Assembly: GCA_964016885.1 (NCBI GenBank)
Contig: OZ024741.1
Location: 371,938,001-372,002,000, forward strand
Length of the DNA: 64,000 bases
From: Eledone cirrhosa
Taxonomy: Eukaryota
Direction of reading: 5' to 3'
Positions 29,500 to 42,652 of this stretch are shown piece by piece. Each line of letters begins with the position of its first letter. Position 1 is the stretch's first letter. The notes under the pieces are model-generated. The model was not told where the DNA came from. It ran no database searches and saw only the letters and a program-made list of their open reading frames with translations. Made by a program: the position numbers and the translations under genes.

Positions 29500-31004
29500 A
29501 TGAAGAGAGAAGAAACATATAATTAGAAGAAAGATATAATTAGTAATAAAATGTATCATACCTAAACTGCTCCTAGATTCCTCGACTACGAGCAGTTTAG
29601 GTATGATACATTTTATTACTAATTATATCTAAATGTTTCTTCTCTCTTCATAATGTATTTTTAACTCTGATACCGGTTCAGTCTGATTCAACCGGATTGG
29701 TCTGTCCCAGTCATTCATTGAGCAACATCGGTAAGGTTGGCACCATTAACTCACGGTTGGGTGTGGATGCATTCATGTATATGTGTGTGTCCGCATGTAT
29801 CTGTGTGTTTCTAAATATATTGTTCATAACTCCCTCTGGTCGAGTAATCTTTGAAGTGTGGTGACTGCTGGAAAGCTGCCATTACTCATACTTCTCGCCC
29901 CCTTCACCACCTCTTCTACGGCTTCGATATAAATACCCCCTCCGCCTCCGTGGTATTTTCTTCGGGGTTATAAGAGGCTTAGCTCTGTTTCTCGACCGTT
30001 ATATCGCGTGACTATCTCCCCCTCCGCCTTTTGGGATTCTTTCTCATGTCGTGTAGACGCGTTCTTGAGGCTAGTAAAATGAGGTATCCTCTTGATAAGT
30101 CGGCAGACCTCGCAAAGACTCTATATCTTTATGATGTATTGTTTTTGTTTATGCCACGAAACTACATAGTCGAGGAATCTAGGAGCAGTTTAGGTATGAT
30201 ATATTTTATTACTAATTATATCTAAATGTTTCTTCTCTCTTCATAATGTATTTTTAACTCTGATACTGGTTCAGTCTGATTCAACCGGATTGGTCTGTCC
30301 CAGTCATTCATTGAGCAACATCGGTAAGGTTGGCACCATTAACTCACGGTTGGGTGTGGATGCATTCATGTATATGTGTGTGTCCGCATGTATCTGTGTG
30401 TTTCTAAATATATTGTTCATAACTCCCCCTGGTCGAGTAATCTTTGAAGTGTGGTGACTGCTGGAAAGCTGCCATTACTCATACTTCTCGCCTCCTTCAC
30501 CACCTCTTCTACGGCTTCGATATAAATACCCCCTCCGCCTCCGTGGTATTTTCTTCGGGGTTATAAGAAGCTTAGCTCTGTTTCTCGACCGTTATATCGC
30601 GTGACTATCTCCCCCTTCGCCTTTTGGGATTCTTTCTCACGTCGTGTAGACGCGTTCTTGAGGCTAGTAAAATGAGGTATCCTCTTGATAAGTCGGCAGA
30701 CCTCGCAAAGACTCTATATCTTTATGATGTATTGTTTTTGTTTATGCCACGAAACTACGTAGTCGAGGAATCTAGGAGCAGTTTAGGTATGATACATTTT
30801 ATTACTAATTATATCTAAATGTTTTTTCTCTCTTCATAATGTATTTTTAACTCTGATACTGGTTCAGTCTGATTCAACCGGATTGGTCTGTCCCAGTCAT
30901 TCATTGAGCAACATCGGTAAGGTTGGCACCATTAACTCACGGTTGGGTGTGGATGCATTCATGTATATGTGTGTGTCCGCATGTATCTGTGTGTTTCTAA
31001 ATAT

Positions 31005-31008
<4 letters not shown>
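29500..31008 (+). repeat. 593-bp tandem non-coding unit (about 2.4 copies plus inverted 5' piece) with U3:A8 HHR (family A)
   Basis: Near-identical copies; HHRs at 30087-30176 and 30680-30769; third copy at 34021-34640 (-). Confidence 0.85.
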
Positions 31009-31075
<67 letters not shown>

Positions 31076-31119
31076 ATATATATATACATGTATATATATA
31101 TATATATATAATATATATA

Positions 31120-31230
31120 TAGGAACGAGTAGGACCCCGACGGCTGAGCTCAAGCCGTTTCGACGGCTAATTCTGGACCAGAATTAGCCGTCGAAACGGC
31201 TTGAACTCAGCCGTCGGGGTCCTACTCGTT

Positions 31231-31235
<5 letters not shown>
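31120..31235. repeat. Near-perfect palindrome made from the 3' half of an HHR-bearing repeat
   Basis: Arms contain GAAA cggcttga(g/a)ctcagccg TC; single copy of the same sequence at 22957-23015. Confidence 0.75.
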
Positions 31236-31274
<39 letters not shown>

Positions 31275-31276
<2 letters not shown>

Positions 31277-31480
31277 GGAAAAATTTGAACAGGGACAAAA
31301 CAGAGTGGCAGTACAACGAATGTTTATTAAGTTCCCGCTCTGGAGAGTGGGATGTTGGTGGGGGACGACGTTTCGGGCACAAGTCCTTCCTCAGGTGAGA
31401 AGTGTGTGGGAACAGAAGTCAAAGGGTGCGTAGGGGAGTGGTGGAGAGACATGGAAGGAAAGACCAAGTGTGGGAAGGTA
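31275..31480 (-). mobile_element. PLE pseudo-LTR-like fragment with HHR-like core
   Basis: CTGAGGA aggac-ttgt-gccc GAAACGTC then AATAAA; related to 6290-6450; stem I poorly paired. Confidence 0.45.
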
Positions 31481-31492
31481 TATATATATATA

Positions 31493-31549
<57 letters not shown>

Positions 31550-31555
<6 letters not shown>

Positions 31556-32144
31556 GACGTAAATAAGAAAGTTATGAAAATTGACTTACTTACTAAAATT
31601 TCACTCCAACTAATTAGTTTCTGTAAGGGGATAAATATGGTTACGGAGCGTATCCATAGAGAAACCTTACGTCATCAGGGAGTCTATTCTCAGCTAAGCT
31701 TCCAGGCAATGCGAGGACACTGGGAACTTATATAAAAATAATTCAGTGGATGGAAAAAAGCGAGCGGGGACTAGATTCCAAGACATTGAAAAATTCACTG
31801 CCTACTTGGTCAAGTGGCAAATTCAAAAGAATCAATCACGTGACACTGAGGTTAATCAGTGAGGAGTGGGGTGCTATTAAGACAGGACCTAGCCACTACT
31901 ATTAATCATAGTAGTAATTTCGGCAAGTTTTGCTCAACAAATAATTTGGAGATAATTATAAAGAATTAGTATATCTACCAACATATGTATACAGAGGCAT
32001 ACCTATGCTAGCAAATATATATGTTTTGTCTTAGTAACTTTGTGGTTCTATGCAAGGGGATGCAGAACAATTATATGAAAGACGTAAATAAGAAAGTTAT
32101 GAAAATTGACTTACTAAAATTTCACTCCAACTAATTAGTTTCTG
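31550..32144 (-). repeat. About 525-bp tandem non-coding unit with HHR (family B)
   Basis: HHR 31603-31683: actcc CTGATGA cgtaagg..ccttaca GAAA ctaattag TT ggagt; the repeat restarts at 32077; second locus 38782-39306. Confidence 0.85.
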
Positions 32145-32691
32145 TGTATATGTGTGTCGAGCTTTTTTAATGAGGGCTCATATATTCTAAACCATTCATG
32201 CGATTTCTTTGAAATTTTTTACAGAGCTTCTCCTTTCACAATACCTGTACATGATCTACAAAGGCTTTCAAAAATCGATATTGGGGCCATTGAAGACATT
32301 AAAAAAGTTTCGGTTATTTATGTGAATTTTCGTGATTAAGTAACACAAGAGTTATGTTTCCTAATCAAGAGTTATCTTTCGTAATTAGCCTCAGTCGGGT
32401 TTTAATTTACTCTTTCTACTTGAAACAAAGATGATAACAATATCATTTCGTATATTTCACAACCAGCAATCTATAACCTTCTACTTGAAACAAAGATAAT
32501 AACTTCACAACCAGCAATTTATACTGCTTGAAACAAAGATAATAACAATATCATTTCGCTGGAATAGTGCCTAAGGTTTTCATGTTTGCATAAAGTACGT
32601 TTTTCTTCTATGTATTCAAATTTACTTTGTTTAGTTTAATGAGCTACATCGAAAGCTACTTGAACCGTCCAAAGGACGGGTAGTTTAGCTA

Positions 32692-32693
<2 letters not shown>
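32145..32693 (+). mobile_element. Helitron-like non-autonomous element
   Basis: 3' hairpin ccgtccaaaggacgg plus CTAGT; related copy at 60272-60870 (-). Confidence 0.75.
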
Positions 32694-32770
<77 letters not shown>

Positions 32771-33087
32771 AAAAACATGGGGAGAAGAATACTGCATGGT
32801 TGCACATGGATTACATATTATAAAATTAGTCCCTCATCAGTGATTTGCCAACAATCATTGGTATTTCATCGCATTAAAAATCCTATACCTCAGGTTGGTG
32901 CGAGCAATAACTAAAATAAGCTATTGGGACAAGTGAAACACGTAAAGCGAGTGAGACAAATATATATATATATATATATATTCTCTTTTTTACTCTTTTA
33001 CCTGTTCCAGCCATATGTATATATATAAATATATACATATATATATATATGTGTGTATGTATATATGTATGTATGTATATATGTATA

Positions 33088-33958
33088 TAAGAAAATTTGC
33101 AATGCAAGCGTTTTCGAAATCAGTTTATGCGTCAAGCATCCAGGAAGTCGCAGACATAATACAGGAACTTGAACTAAATCAACCTCTGGCAGAAGTAACA
33201 AAATTATTATGCCTGATTCTGACCATACCTGCCACATCTGGTTCATGTGAGAGATTGTTTTCTTCATTAAAGCGAGTAAATAATTATATGTGTTCTCGAA
33301 TTGAAGAGAGATTGAGCAATTTCGTCTTCATTTCCATGACTAAATATCTTTTGAAGAAGATGAAGGTAGAGCGTGGTGCTAATACATTTTGTAGCAAAGT
33401 GATCGATGAATTTAACAAAAAACAACCAAGAATTGAATTTATAAATGAATTTTAAATATTTCATTATTTGAAGGTCTTATTATTTACTCATATTTCTCAC
33501 GTAATCAATATCACGATAGGTTTGTCACCAGGCTGTTACTAATGGGAAGAAATAATTGTTTCTACTTTTGGCACAAGACCAGCAATTACCCAGTGTATTA
33601 CTGGTACTTTATTTTATCGACTCCATAAGGATGAAAGGCATAATTAACCTCGGCCGGATTTGAACTCAGAATGGCAAGGACCGTAACTCTATGTGTCAAA
33701 GCATGGCGTCCGACCCTCTACCGATACTGCCAATCCACTGGAAGAAATAATGTTGAGTGGAGAGGGGTATCAAGCCTGAAGTGTGGTCTGTTGGTGGATG
33801 TGTATTTTCTCACATTAAAATTACCTCATATAATATTTACAAATGAGGAGAGGACGAAGAATAATTTTACGAGGGGGGGGGTTAAGGGTCCACAGCCCTA
33901 CTCTCTGCCATGGCGATTGGACTGCATGCCCTGCTTTCCAAGTTACCCTTCGCCACTG
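33088..33958 (+). mobile_element. hAT transposon 3' remnant (dimerisation domain and terminus)
   Basis: LILTIPATSGSCERLFSSLKRV..EERLS; end reads cagtggcg on the minus strand at 33958. Confidence 0.8.
33557..33739 (-). mobile_element. Nin/Deu-type SINE nested in the hAT remnant
   Basis: TSD ggaagaaataat at 33545-33556 and 33740-33751. Confidence 0.88.
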
Positions 33959-34020
<62 letters not shown>

Positions 34021-34022
<2 letters not shown>

Positions 34023-34640
34023 TATGAAGCGAGAAGAAAGATTTAGATATAATTAGTAATAAGATGTATCATACCTAAACTGCTTCTAGATTCCTCGACT
34101 ACGTAGTTTCGTGGCATAAACAAAAACAATACATTATAGAGATATTGCTTTGCGAGGTCTGCCGACTTATCAAGAGGATACCTCGTTTTACTAGCCTCAA
34201 GAACACGTCTATATGATGTGAGAAAGAATCCCAAAAGGCGGAGGGGGAGACAGTCACGTGATACAACGGTCAAGAAACAGAGCTAAGCTCCTTATAACCC
34301 CGAAAAAAATACCACGGAGGCGGAGGGGGTATTAATATCGAAGCCGTAGAAGAGGTGGTTAAGGGGGCGAGAAGTATGAGTAATGGCAGCTTTCCAGCAG
34401 TCACTACACTTCAAAGATTACTCGACCAGAGGGAGTTATGAACAATATATTGAGAAACACACAGATACATGCGGACACATACATATACATGCATATATCC
34501 ACATCCATCCTTGAGTTAATGGTGCCAACCTTAACCGATGTTGCTCTATGAATAACTGGGACAAACCAATCCGAATGGATTAGACTGAACGAGTATCAGA
34601 GCTAAATGTACATTATGAAGAGAGAAGAAACATTTAGATA
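34021..34640 (-). repeat. Family A unit (one monomer plus short terminal redundancy), HHR 34092-34178
   Basis: Reverse complement of the 593-bp unit, more diverged, with the same TTGATAA core and ACTACGTAGT stem III. Confidence 0.85.
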
Positions 34641-34662
34641 TAATGTGTTTCTCAATATATTG

Positions 34663-34729
<67 letters not shown>

Positions 34730-34796
34730 TATTATATATATATATGTATGTATATTACATATATATATTGTATGTATGCATATTATATATATATAT

Positions 34797-34857
<61 letters not shown>

Positions 34858-36039
34858 ATTATATATATATATATATATATATCATATATATATATGTATG
34901 TGTGCGTGTGTGTATTAGACAATGAAGTACACTTTTATATGGTAGTTCTACAACGCTGGCAAATGTGTCGTTTTTCCAGGACATACAAAGCCAGAACGGA
35001 TACTGGAAGTTGTCTTGTCTAGTGCTCTAACAATTTCACCAGTTCCTATGATCAAATGATCGGGCAAAAACGATCTCTTTGAATATTTGCTTGTCGTTCA
35101 AATTTTTATTTTTTTATTTTTTATTATTTAGTAGGAGGAGGAGGATGTACAACTTCTACGTCATTTAGAAGCTCTTCTATTCAAGCGAGAGAAAGGTTTG
35201 CCTAGGAGATGTCGAGGAAGTTGAAACTTCTGATCAGAGCTGATGTATTTTCTAACCTTAAATATGAAACCTAGTCTTTAGGATATATTTTTGTGCGAGA
35301 TTTAATGAGAAATCATCAGAGATTAAGAGAATTAGCTGTTGCAACTGCTCTAAGGGATTATATCTGTGTTATTTATCGAAAACTCGAAATTTATTACGAT
35401 TCACACTTATCAATCAATCAAGTTCCCTTATTTGGACTGCTACTCTAAACGTTTGACTGTATGTCTATAATGGCATTTTAATAGGTCTTACAGACGCTTG
35501 GCGCTGCCCATCTCCTCTCCAAGCCTCCAGTCGCTCATCAGGTTTAACTTGCCAACAGAAGTAGTTATCGGTGTGTGGCTGAAAAATGTCCCGAAGACTA
35601 AAGTGAAAGTCAGGTGAGAACCACTTACACATCCATTTCTAATAATGTCGCTGCCAGACATCAAAGTATTCTCTCTATTTGTGTAATTGTTATAATATGT
35701 ATACTTTACCATCTTTTAATTTTAGATCATGTTTTTTTTTTATTTATTTTTATATAACAAGTCTCTAGCTCTCGTCTATTGCATTTTTTATGTATTAGTA
35801 TCGGTATTGTAACGTCACAATGGATAACATTCACATCCGGATTTCAAATAATTCGATAAATGTTCCGTTCTTGCAGAAGTTATATTCTAAGAATGGAACA
35901 GTAAATCCTTTTTTACGCAAATAGAAATGTTACCTTTATGTTCACCTGGGAATATCATATTCTAGCTATAATATGCAACACATATTAATCACATCATTGA
36001 AAATACCTATGCATGTTTTCATTTCACAACAATTATATA

Positions 36040-36060
36040 GGCTTTTTTTTCTGTTTTAGG
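36040..36060 (+). promoter_or_regulatory. Probable splice acceptor for the GPCR coding exon
   Basis: Polypyrimidine tract ctttttttttctgttttag|g about 200 bp upstream of the ATG. Confidence 0.45.
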
Positions 36061-36262
36061 ACATATATTATATATACCATCTATCTTTGCCAGTTTAATC
36101 CATTACATTCAAGCGGAATATTCTAAAGTTTTTACAAATATTTATATATTCCAGAAAATACTAAATAGATTTTATAACAACTTAAAAGCTATCTCCAGGA
36201 AGAGGAAAACGCAGGGGGAAAAGGAAGAAGAGGATATTGGCATATTCCTTTAGCGCCGATAC

Positions 36263-37345
36263 ATGGAAAATAAAACGATAAAGGATATTCTAGAAAAAAT
36301 AAACGATGAAACCCTAATTTTTAATGCACCTATATTTATCTACATTGTACTATGTATGGTACTTGGCACACTTGGAAACTGCGCGGTAACTTATATATAT
36401 TATCGAAAATTGAAGAAAACAGCGATAAATATGTTTGTGGCATATCTTGGTCTATGTGATTTATTAACCTGTGTAGTTTATATGCCTTTTGATATTGTTT
36501 CCCTAAGATTCACGTTTACCTTTAGCAATGAAGTCACTTGTCATACGAAACACTTTCTGTTAAATGTAGGGACTATTTGTTCAGGACAGATTATCTTCTT
36601 TATAGCAATAGAAAGATATATTCGCGTGTGTCATCCTTTTCGCAATCATTTATCTCGCAGCAAAGCAATAATGGCGGTACCAATGATATTTCTTTTCACC
36701 ATATTAATAAGCATACCAACACTTTGGGTTTATGGCAGCATATCCATGAAGAGTCCTAGAGAAGAAGTTGAAACTGAGACTTGTTCCTTTTATGAGAACG
36801 AAGTTCTTTTAATGTTCGCTTTGCTTTATTATAGTATATTGTTAATTATTAATTGTTTAGTTTTTATCGTTCTCATGATACTGTATTACCGTATTGCACT
36901 CTGTATTTTGAAATATAAGAAAAATATGATGAAAGATTTAATGGATATCATATCACCTTCGAATCAATCTCCAGCTATTAGAGGATCAATTGATGTTGAT
37001 GAAAACGTACATACCAGTAAATGCCAAATGAAACCACAAATGCTTGAGCAGGTAACTGAAGCGTTTAAAGAAAAAGAAAAAGTAATTAAAAAAACAAACA
37101 TAATATTTTTTATAGTCACCGTGATCTGGATGATTAGCTATCTGCCTCATTACATTTCAAGTATATGGGTAATTCTTCACAACCACCTACATCCTGAGAA
37201 CAACATTAAATATATTTTCTACGGATTAACAAGTCGTTCGTTCTTTGTGAGCTGCGTTGCTAATCCCTGTATTTATGGACTTTTCAATAATCAGTTTCGA
37301 CAGGAACTCTATACGTTACTTTTTAATATGTTTTGCCGTAATTAA
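36263..37345 (+). CDS. Rhodopsin-family (class A) GPCR, neuropeptide-receptor-like orphan, intronless CDS, 360 aa
   Basis: Seven hydrophobic segments; GTLGN (TM1), LGLCDL..P (TM2), IAIERY..VCHP (TM3), WMISYLP (TM6), NPCIYG..N..FR (TM7/H8); extracellular Cys pair; uninterrupted frame. Confidence 0.93.
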   Translation: MENKTIKDILEKINDETLIFNAPIFIYIVLCMVLGTLGNCAVTYIYYRKLKKTAINMFVAYLGLCDLLTCVVYMPFDIVSLRFTFTFSNEVTCHTKHFLLNVGTICSGQIIFFIAIERYIRVCHPFRNHLSRSKAIMAVPMIFLFTILISIPTLWVYGSISMKSPREEVETETCSFYENEVLLMFALLYYSILLIINCLVFIVLMILYYRIALCILKYKKNMMKDLMDIISPSNQSPAIRGSIDVDENVHTSKCQMKPQMLEQVTEAFKEKEKVIKKTNIIFFIVTVIWMISYLPHYISSIWVILHNHLHPENNIKYIFYGLTSRSFFVSCVANPCIYGLFNNQFRQELYTLLFNMFCRN

Positions 37346-37872
37346 TATAAAATGGCATAGAATAGTTGGAAATGTAATTAAATATCGCCGCGAAGATTTT
37401 TTTTTTCTTCATATAAAATAACTACGTATCATATAAAGTAAAGAAAAACATATATTTCTTGCTTCTTGGTGATTATTACTAACACATCTACGGCTATATA
37501 TTTACATAGTTTTTGTACAATATTTCTGTTGAAACCAAGCAAGGAAATGAACTTCTATGTGGTCGCTTTACTTGCTAGAAATAGCGACCTAATCTTAAAA
37601 AAGACGTCGAATTATGCAAACCTGGGTCCCCCGCAGAAAGAAAAAAACAGGGTGGTCACGACAGGAATACCTTTAATTATGGGTATGCGCGATCACTAGC
37701 TAACCAATGACTAATGAGCAATTAAACTGCTGACATAATTTACTGTTTTAGGCGGAAAGTCCTCTGCTGTCGGTGGTATCTATGGACACGCATTTGTCCA
37801 GAGAAATGTAATAAATATCGAGTTTTGGAAATTCATAATTCTTTCGTTTTCTTTCGGTTTCTCCCTTCTAAA

Positions 37873-37976
<104 letters not shown>

Positions 37977-37990
37977 CATATGTATATATG

Positions 37991-38022
<32 letters not shown>

Positions 38023-38024
38023 AA

Positions 38025-38055
<31 letters not shown>

Positions 38056-38134
38056 ATATGTATATATATATACACATATATATATATGTATATGTGTATA
38101 TATATATATGTATGTATATATGTATGTACGTATG

Positions 38135-38189
<55 letters not shown>

Positions 38190-38238
38190 GTATATATATA
38201 CATAATATATATATATGTATACATATGTACGTATGCAC

Positions 38239-38339
<101 letters not shown>

Positions 38340-38731
38340 CATATATATATAAAGTATTAGATATATATGTGTTTTGCAACCGGTCACATTGTGGCTCAAT
38401 GAGAAATTAATAAATGTTATCGGATGTCTTAAAATACGGATGAAACCATGGTAGAGGTAATTAGGTATGTACGCAATTCTTCTACAATTTTACACCTAAT
38501 CGTGTTTAGTTGACTGTATATCTGGTCGATTTTTACATGCTGTCGAAATGTTAGATAAATAATCTATTGTAGCCACCGCGAAGGGGCTGCTTTCGGTTGT
38601 TTGTCGGAGATTTCATCAGAGCAGCCTTTATTCTTATAGCTTGGTCTAATTGGTTTTTTATATGGTTAATTATACTAATTGGGAGAGGAATTGGTATATA
38701 TTATATCTAGTGATTCTAAAGACATATTTTA

Positions 38732-38781
<50 letters not shown>

Positions 38782-38787
<6 letters not shown>

Positions 38788-39300
38788 AATTAGTATATCT
38801 ACCAACATATATATACAGATGCATACCTATGCTAGCAAATATATAGGTTTTGTGTTAGTAACTTTGTGGTTCAATGCAAGGGGATGCAGAACAATTATAT
38901 GAAAGACATAAAATAAGAAAATTATAAAAATTAACTTACTTACTAAAATTTGACTCCAACTAATTAGTTTCTGAAAGGGAATAAACATGGTTTCCGAACG
39001 GAACAACATGGAGAAAATCCTTTCGTCATCAGGAAGTCTATTCTCAGCTAAGTTCCCAGGCAATGCGTGGACACAGGGAACTTATACAAAAATAATTCAG
39101 TGGCTGGAAAAAAGCAAGCGAGGACTAAATTCCAGGATATTGAAAAAATCACTGCCTACTTGGTCGGTGGCAAATTCAAAAGTATCAATCACGTGACATC
39201 GAGGTTAATCAGTGAGGAGTGGGGTGCTAATAAGACAGTAATTAGTTGGAGTGAAATTTTAGTAAGTAAGTTAATTTTTATAATTTTCTTATTTTACGTC

Positions 39301-39306
<6 letters not shown>
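38782..39306 (-). repeat. Family B unit, HHR 38952-39038, with short inverted piece 39239-39306
   Basis: gacttc CTGATGA cgaaagg..cctttca GAAA ctaattag TT ggagtc. Confidence 0.85.
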
Positions 39307-39339
<33 letters not shown>

Positions 39340-39343
<4 letters not shown>

Positions 39344-40071
39344 TATGTATACGTACATTCATATATGTGTACAGAGGTACAGTAGTATGTATGTATATAT
39401 ATACATACATGCACACATATATATATGTACGTATGGGTTTACCGAACATTTATTATAATGTTCGGTTTGTTTGTACAAACAAACCGAACATTATAATAAA
39501 TGTTCGGTAAACCCATAGGTAGATATATATATGTGGTGCATGTATGTATATATATATACATACATACTACTGTACGTCTGTACACATATATGTATGTACG
39601 TATACATACTTATATTTAGGTATCAGCCGTACTAAGCGTGAGAAATGAAATTTCGTTTCATTTTTTTTCCATTTATCGTTTTCGGTCCGCCCGGCCGACT
39701 AACTCACTCGATATGCAAATTAGGCTGCTCAGCCGTTAATATGCATAAGGAAAGTATATACTTTCAAAGGTTCATTCATCTGACAGAAAGGTATACGATA
39801 CTGACGATAGCTAATAAGCTTGAAACTAGTACATCGTTCCTGTGTCAGTGTTGAACAAAAGGGCGACGATGGTTGCCGTGCACTGTACGGCGTAATTCGG
39901 GCTGTTTGTTTATAATAAATGTTCGGTAAACCCATACCTACATATATATATATATATATATATGTGCATGTATGTATATATATACATACATACTACTGTA
40001 CGTCTGTACACATATATGTATCAGCCGTACTAAGAGTGCGAAATGAAATTGAAATTTCGTTTCATTTTTTT

Positions 40072-40075
<4 letters not shown>
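39340..40075 (+). repeat. Family C unit with inverted 5' piece; HHR 39795-39837
   Basis: acgata CTGACGA tagct-aata-agctt GAAA ctag TA catcgt; 39340-39475 is inverted relative to about 39475-39610. Confidence 0.82.
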
Positions 40076-40153
<78 letters not shown>

Positions 40154-40302
40154 ATATGTATGTATGTATATATATATATACACATATATATATATGTATA
40201 TGTGTATATATATATATATGTATATATGTATGTATATATATATATATGTGTATATATATATATATGCATATATGTACGTATGTATGTATATATATATATA
40301 TA

Positions 40303-40371
<69 letters not shown>

Positions 40372-41439
40372 CTATATATATATATATATAGATAGATAGA
40401 TAGATATATTTCTTTATTAGCCACAGGGGCACAAAAGAAGGGGACAAATACAAAGGGGGAAGTTTACATACAATAAAAACGTGTAAAATGTTATCACAGA
40501 TGGAATTTAAAAGTTAGTCGATTTTCCCCAATAGAGGGAGACAGTTTATATGGGTAACACATACCCCCGAAAAAAAATGTGCAACCCTCATCTCCAGGAG
40601 TACGAAGAGCTTGTACTCCCTTCCTCTCCTCCTCCTTTTCCTCAACCTACAGGCTGATATAGAGAGAAGGCCCATTCACTCGGGCCATTCTCGCCACTTT
40701 CACCCACCTTTCATAAAACTTGCTGGGGTACAGCACCTCTCTCTCCATCCTGATTCTTCTTCCAAGATAGATAGATATTATATATATATATATATAATTA
40801 TATATATATATACGTACATATATATATACATATATATATATGTATATATGTATGTATATATATGTATATATGTATATATGTATATATATATGCATATATA
40901 CATGTATGTATATATGTATATATATATATGTGTGTGCGTGTGTATGTGTATCTAATATAGAAAAGCTTCTACATGACTAGAACTGTTTCATTCGTGAGAA
41001 ATCAGCAGGAAGTTTACTGTCCAAGTAATATGGTGGTATTTATATTTTTTCTGGTGGTAGGAGATGGTGGTGATTAGGATGGATGGAGGTCATTGGTTGA
41101 TGGGTTTAAAGAAAAGGGAATTCTTTAAAAGCTATATTTAGAGTAACAAAGGCAAAAAGAATTCCATAAACAAGTTCAAACTGGGCGTGCCAATCCTTAT
41201 TTTTAAGGTTCTCTTAAGCTAACAATCCCTATAGTCAGGTGCCTACAACTACAACTATATTCACACACATACATATATATATATAAAACCCTTACTCCTA
41301 CACATTCGCAAAAACACACACTCTTATACCCATATATATATATATATATATCATCATCGTTTAACGTCCATCTTCCACGCTTGCATATGTATATATATAT
41401 GTATATATGTATATATATATGTGTATATATACATGTGCT

Positions 41440-42583
41440 GGGGCTTAAGAGTCATGCAATTTCAGAGACCCATCACTATGCCCCCTTAGTAATGAATGCA
41501 TGACGAAAAACGTAGTCTACAGGTGCAAGGTCACAACCCCTAACTCGGAGCACCACTACATAGGGTCCACGGCGACGAGCTTCAAAGATAGGTGGTATAA
41601 CCATCGCCATTCTTTTAACAGAATAGAAAATAGGAAATGTAAGGCCCTTTCTGAATTGATCTGGAAGCTCAAACTTGAAAAAACCCCGCACTCTCTGGTC
41701 TGGTCCGTGGTTAGAAAGGTTCCCCCAGACAGAGGTGGGTCTGGTATTTGCAACATCTGTCTTAGTGAGACACTTGAGATACTTCATGGCGGAACCAAGC
41801 TATTAAACAGAAAGGCCGACTTATTCGGCGCCTGCAGACACCTCAGGACGGGAACTTTCCTCAAGCTATATGGATAAACCCCGGTTCTGGCCTCCCACAA
41901 CGCCCCCCTCCTCCCTGTAGGTCCACTACACCCCCGTACCAATGACCAATGGACTACAACCACCCATAGTTTGTGGTCCCTACGGTGGATTGTCCACCGG
42001 ATCCTCTTCTGGTTAGGAGGCAACAAAACCTCGTTTATTGAACCTGAGGAAACCCCCCCCCCCCCGGGAGTGGCCCACACAGGAAGAACAATCATACCAA
42101 GGAACTAACCCTATAGACATGAATGAGTGTCCGCAACCGTACATAGTGTGTGTATACTGGGATTACGTGAGTGTACACACCCATGTGAACGCAACGAAAT
42201 ACTAATACCCCAGGTTGCATTTGAAAAATCTTACAGTGTATGCTTATGAGTATGTTTGTATATGCTCTCTTATATGAGTGCACATGTGTATATAGACATA
42301 CACGCGCATCCAGAGGTATAAAAGTGTGGCAGGGTATGTGTATCTGTACTAAGGGATTTGCCTAAGCTCCAAAGCCCCCAAGCTATTGCTGTGAAGATAT
42401 ATATCACACTCTACTTTGTCTAGTCTAAACAATAACTTTTCCAAACACCCACTTTACTTTTCTTTAAAAATAACACCCACCTAGTTTTATGTCCGCTTTA
42501 TACTTGGATTTGGGGGCCTCTGTCGTATATATATATGCACTTGTGCGTACATATATATATATACACACCTGTATGGATTTGTG

Positions 42584-42652
<69 letters not shown>

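Noticed and set aside
30031-30818. Repeated 64-aa ORF in family A (also 34043-34273)
   Set aside because: TTG start, frameshifted in the third copy, overlaps the ribozyme; similarity is explained by DNA-level duplication.
32790-32850. Minus-strand CTGATGA (similar isolated cores at 42043 and 62335)
   Set aside because: No properly placed GAAA with a closing stem.
38583-38622. Minus-strand CTGATGA..GAAA flanked by ggctgc/gcagcc
   Set aside because: No convincing stem I or stem II; cannot be assigned a hammerhead topology.
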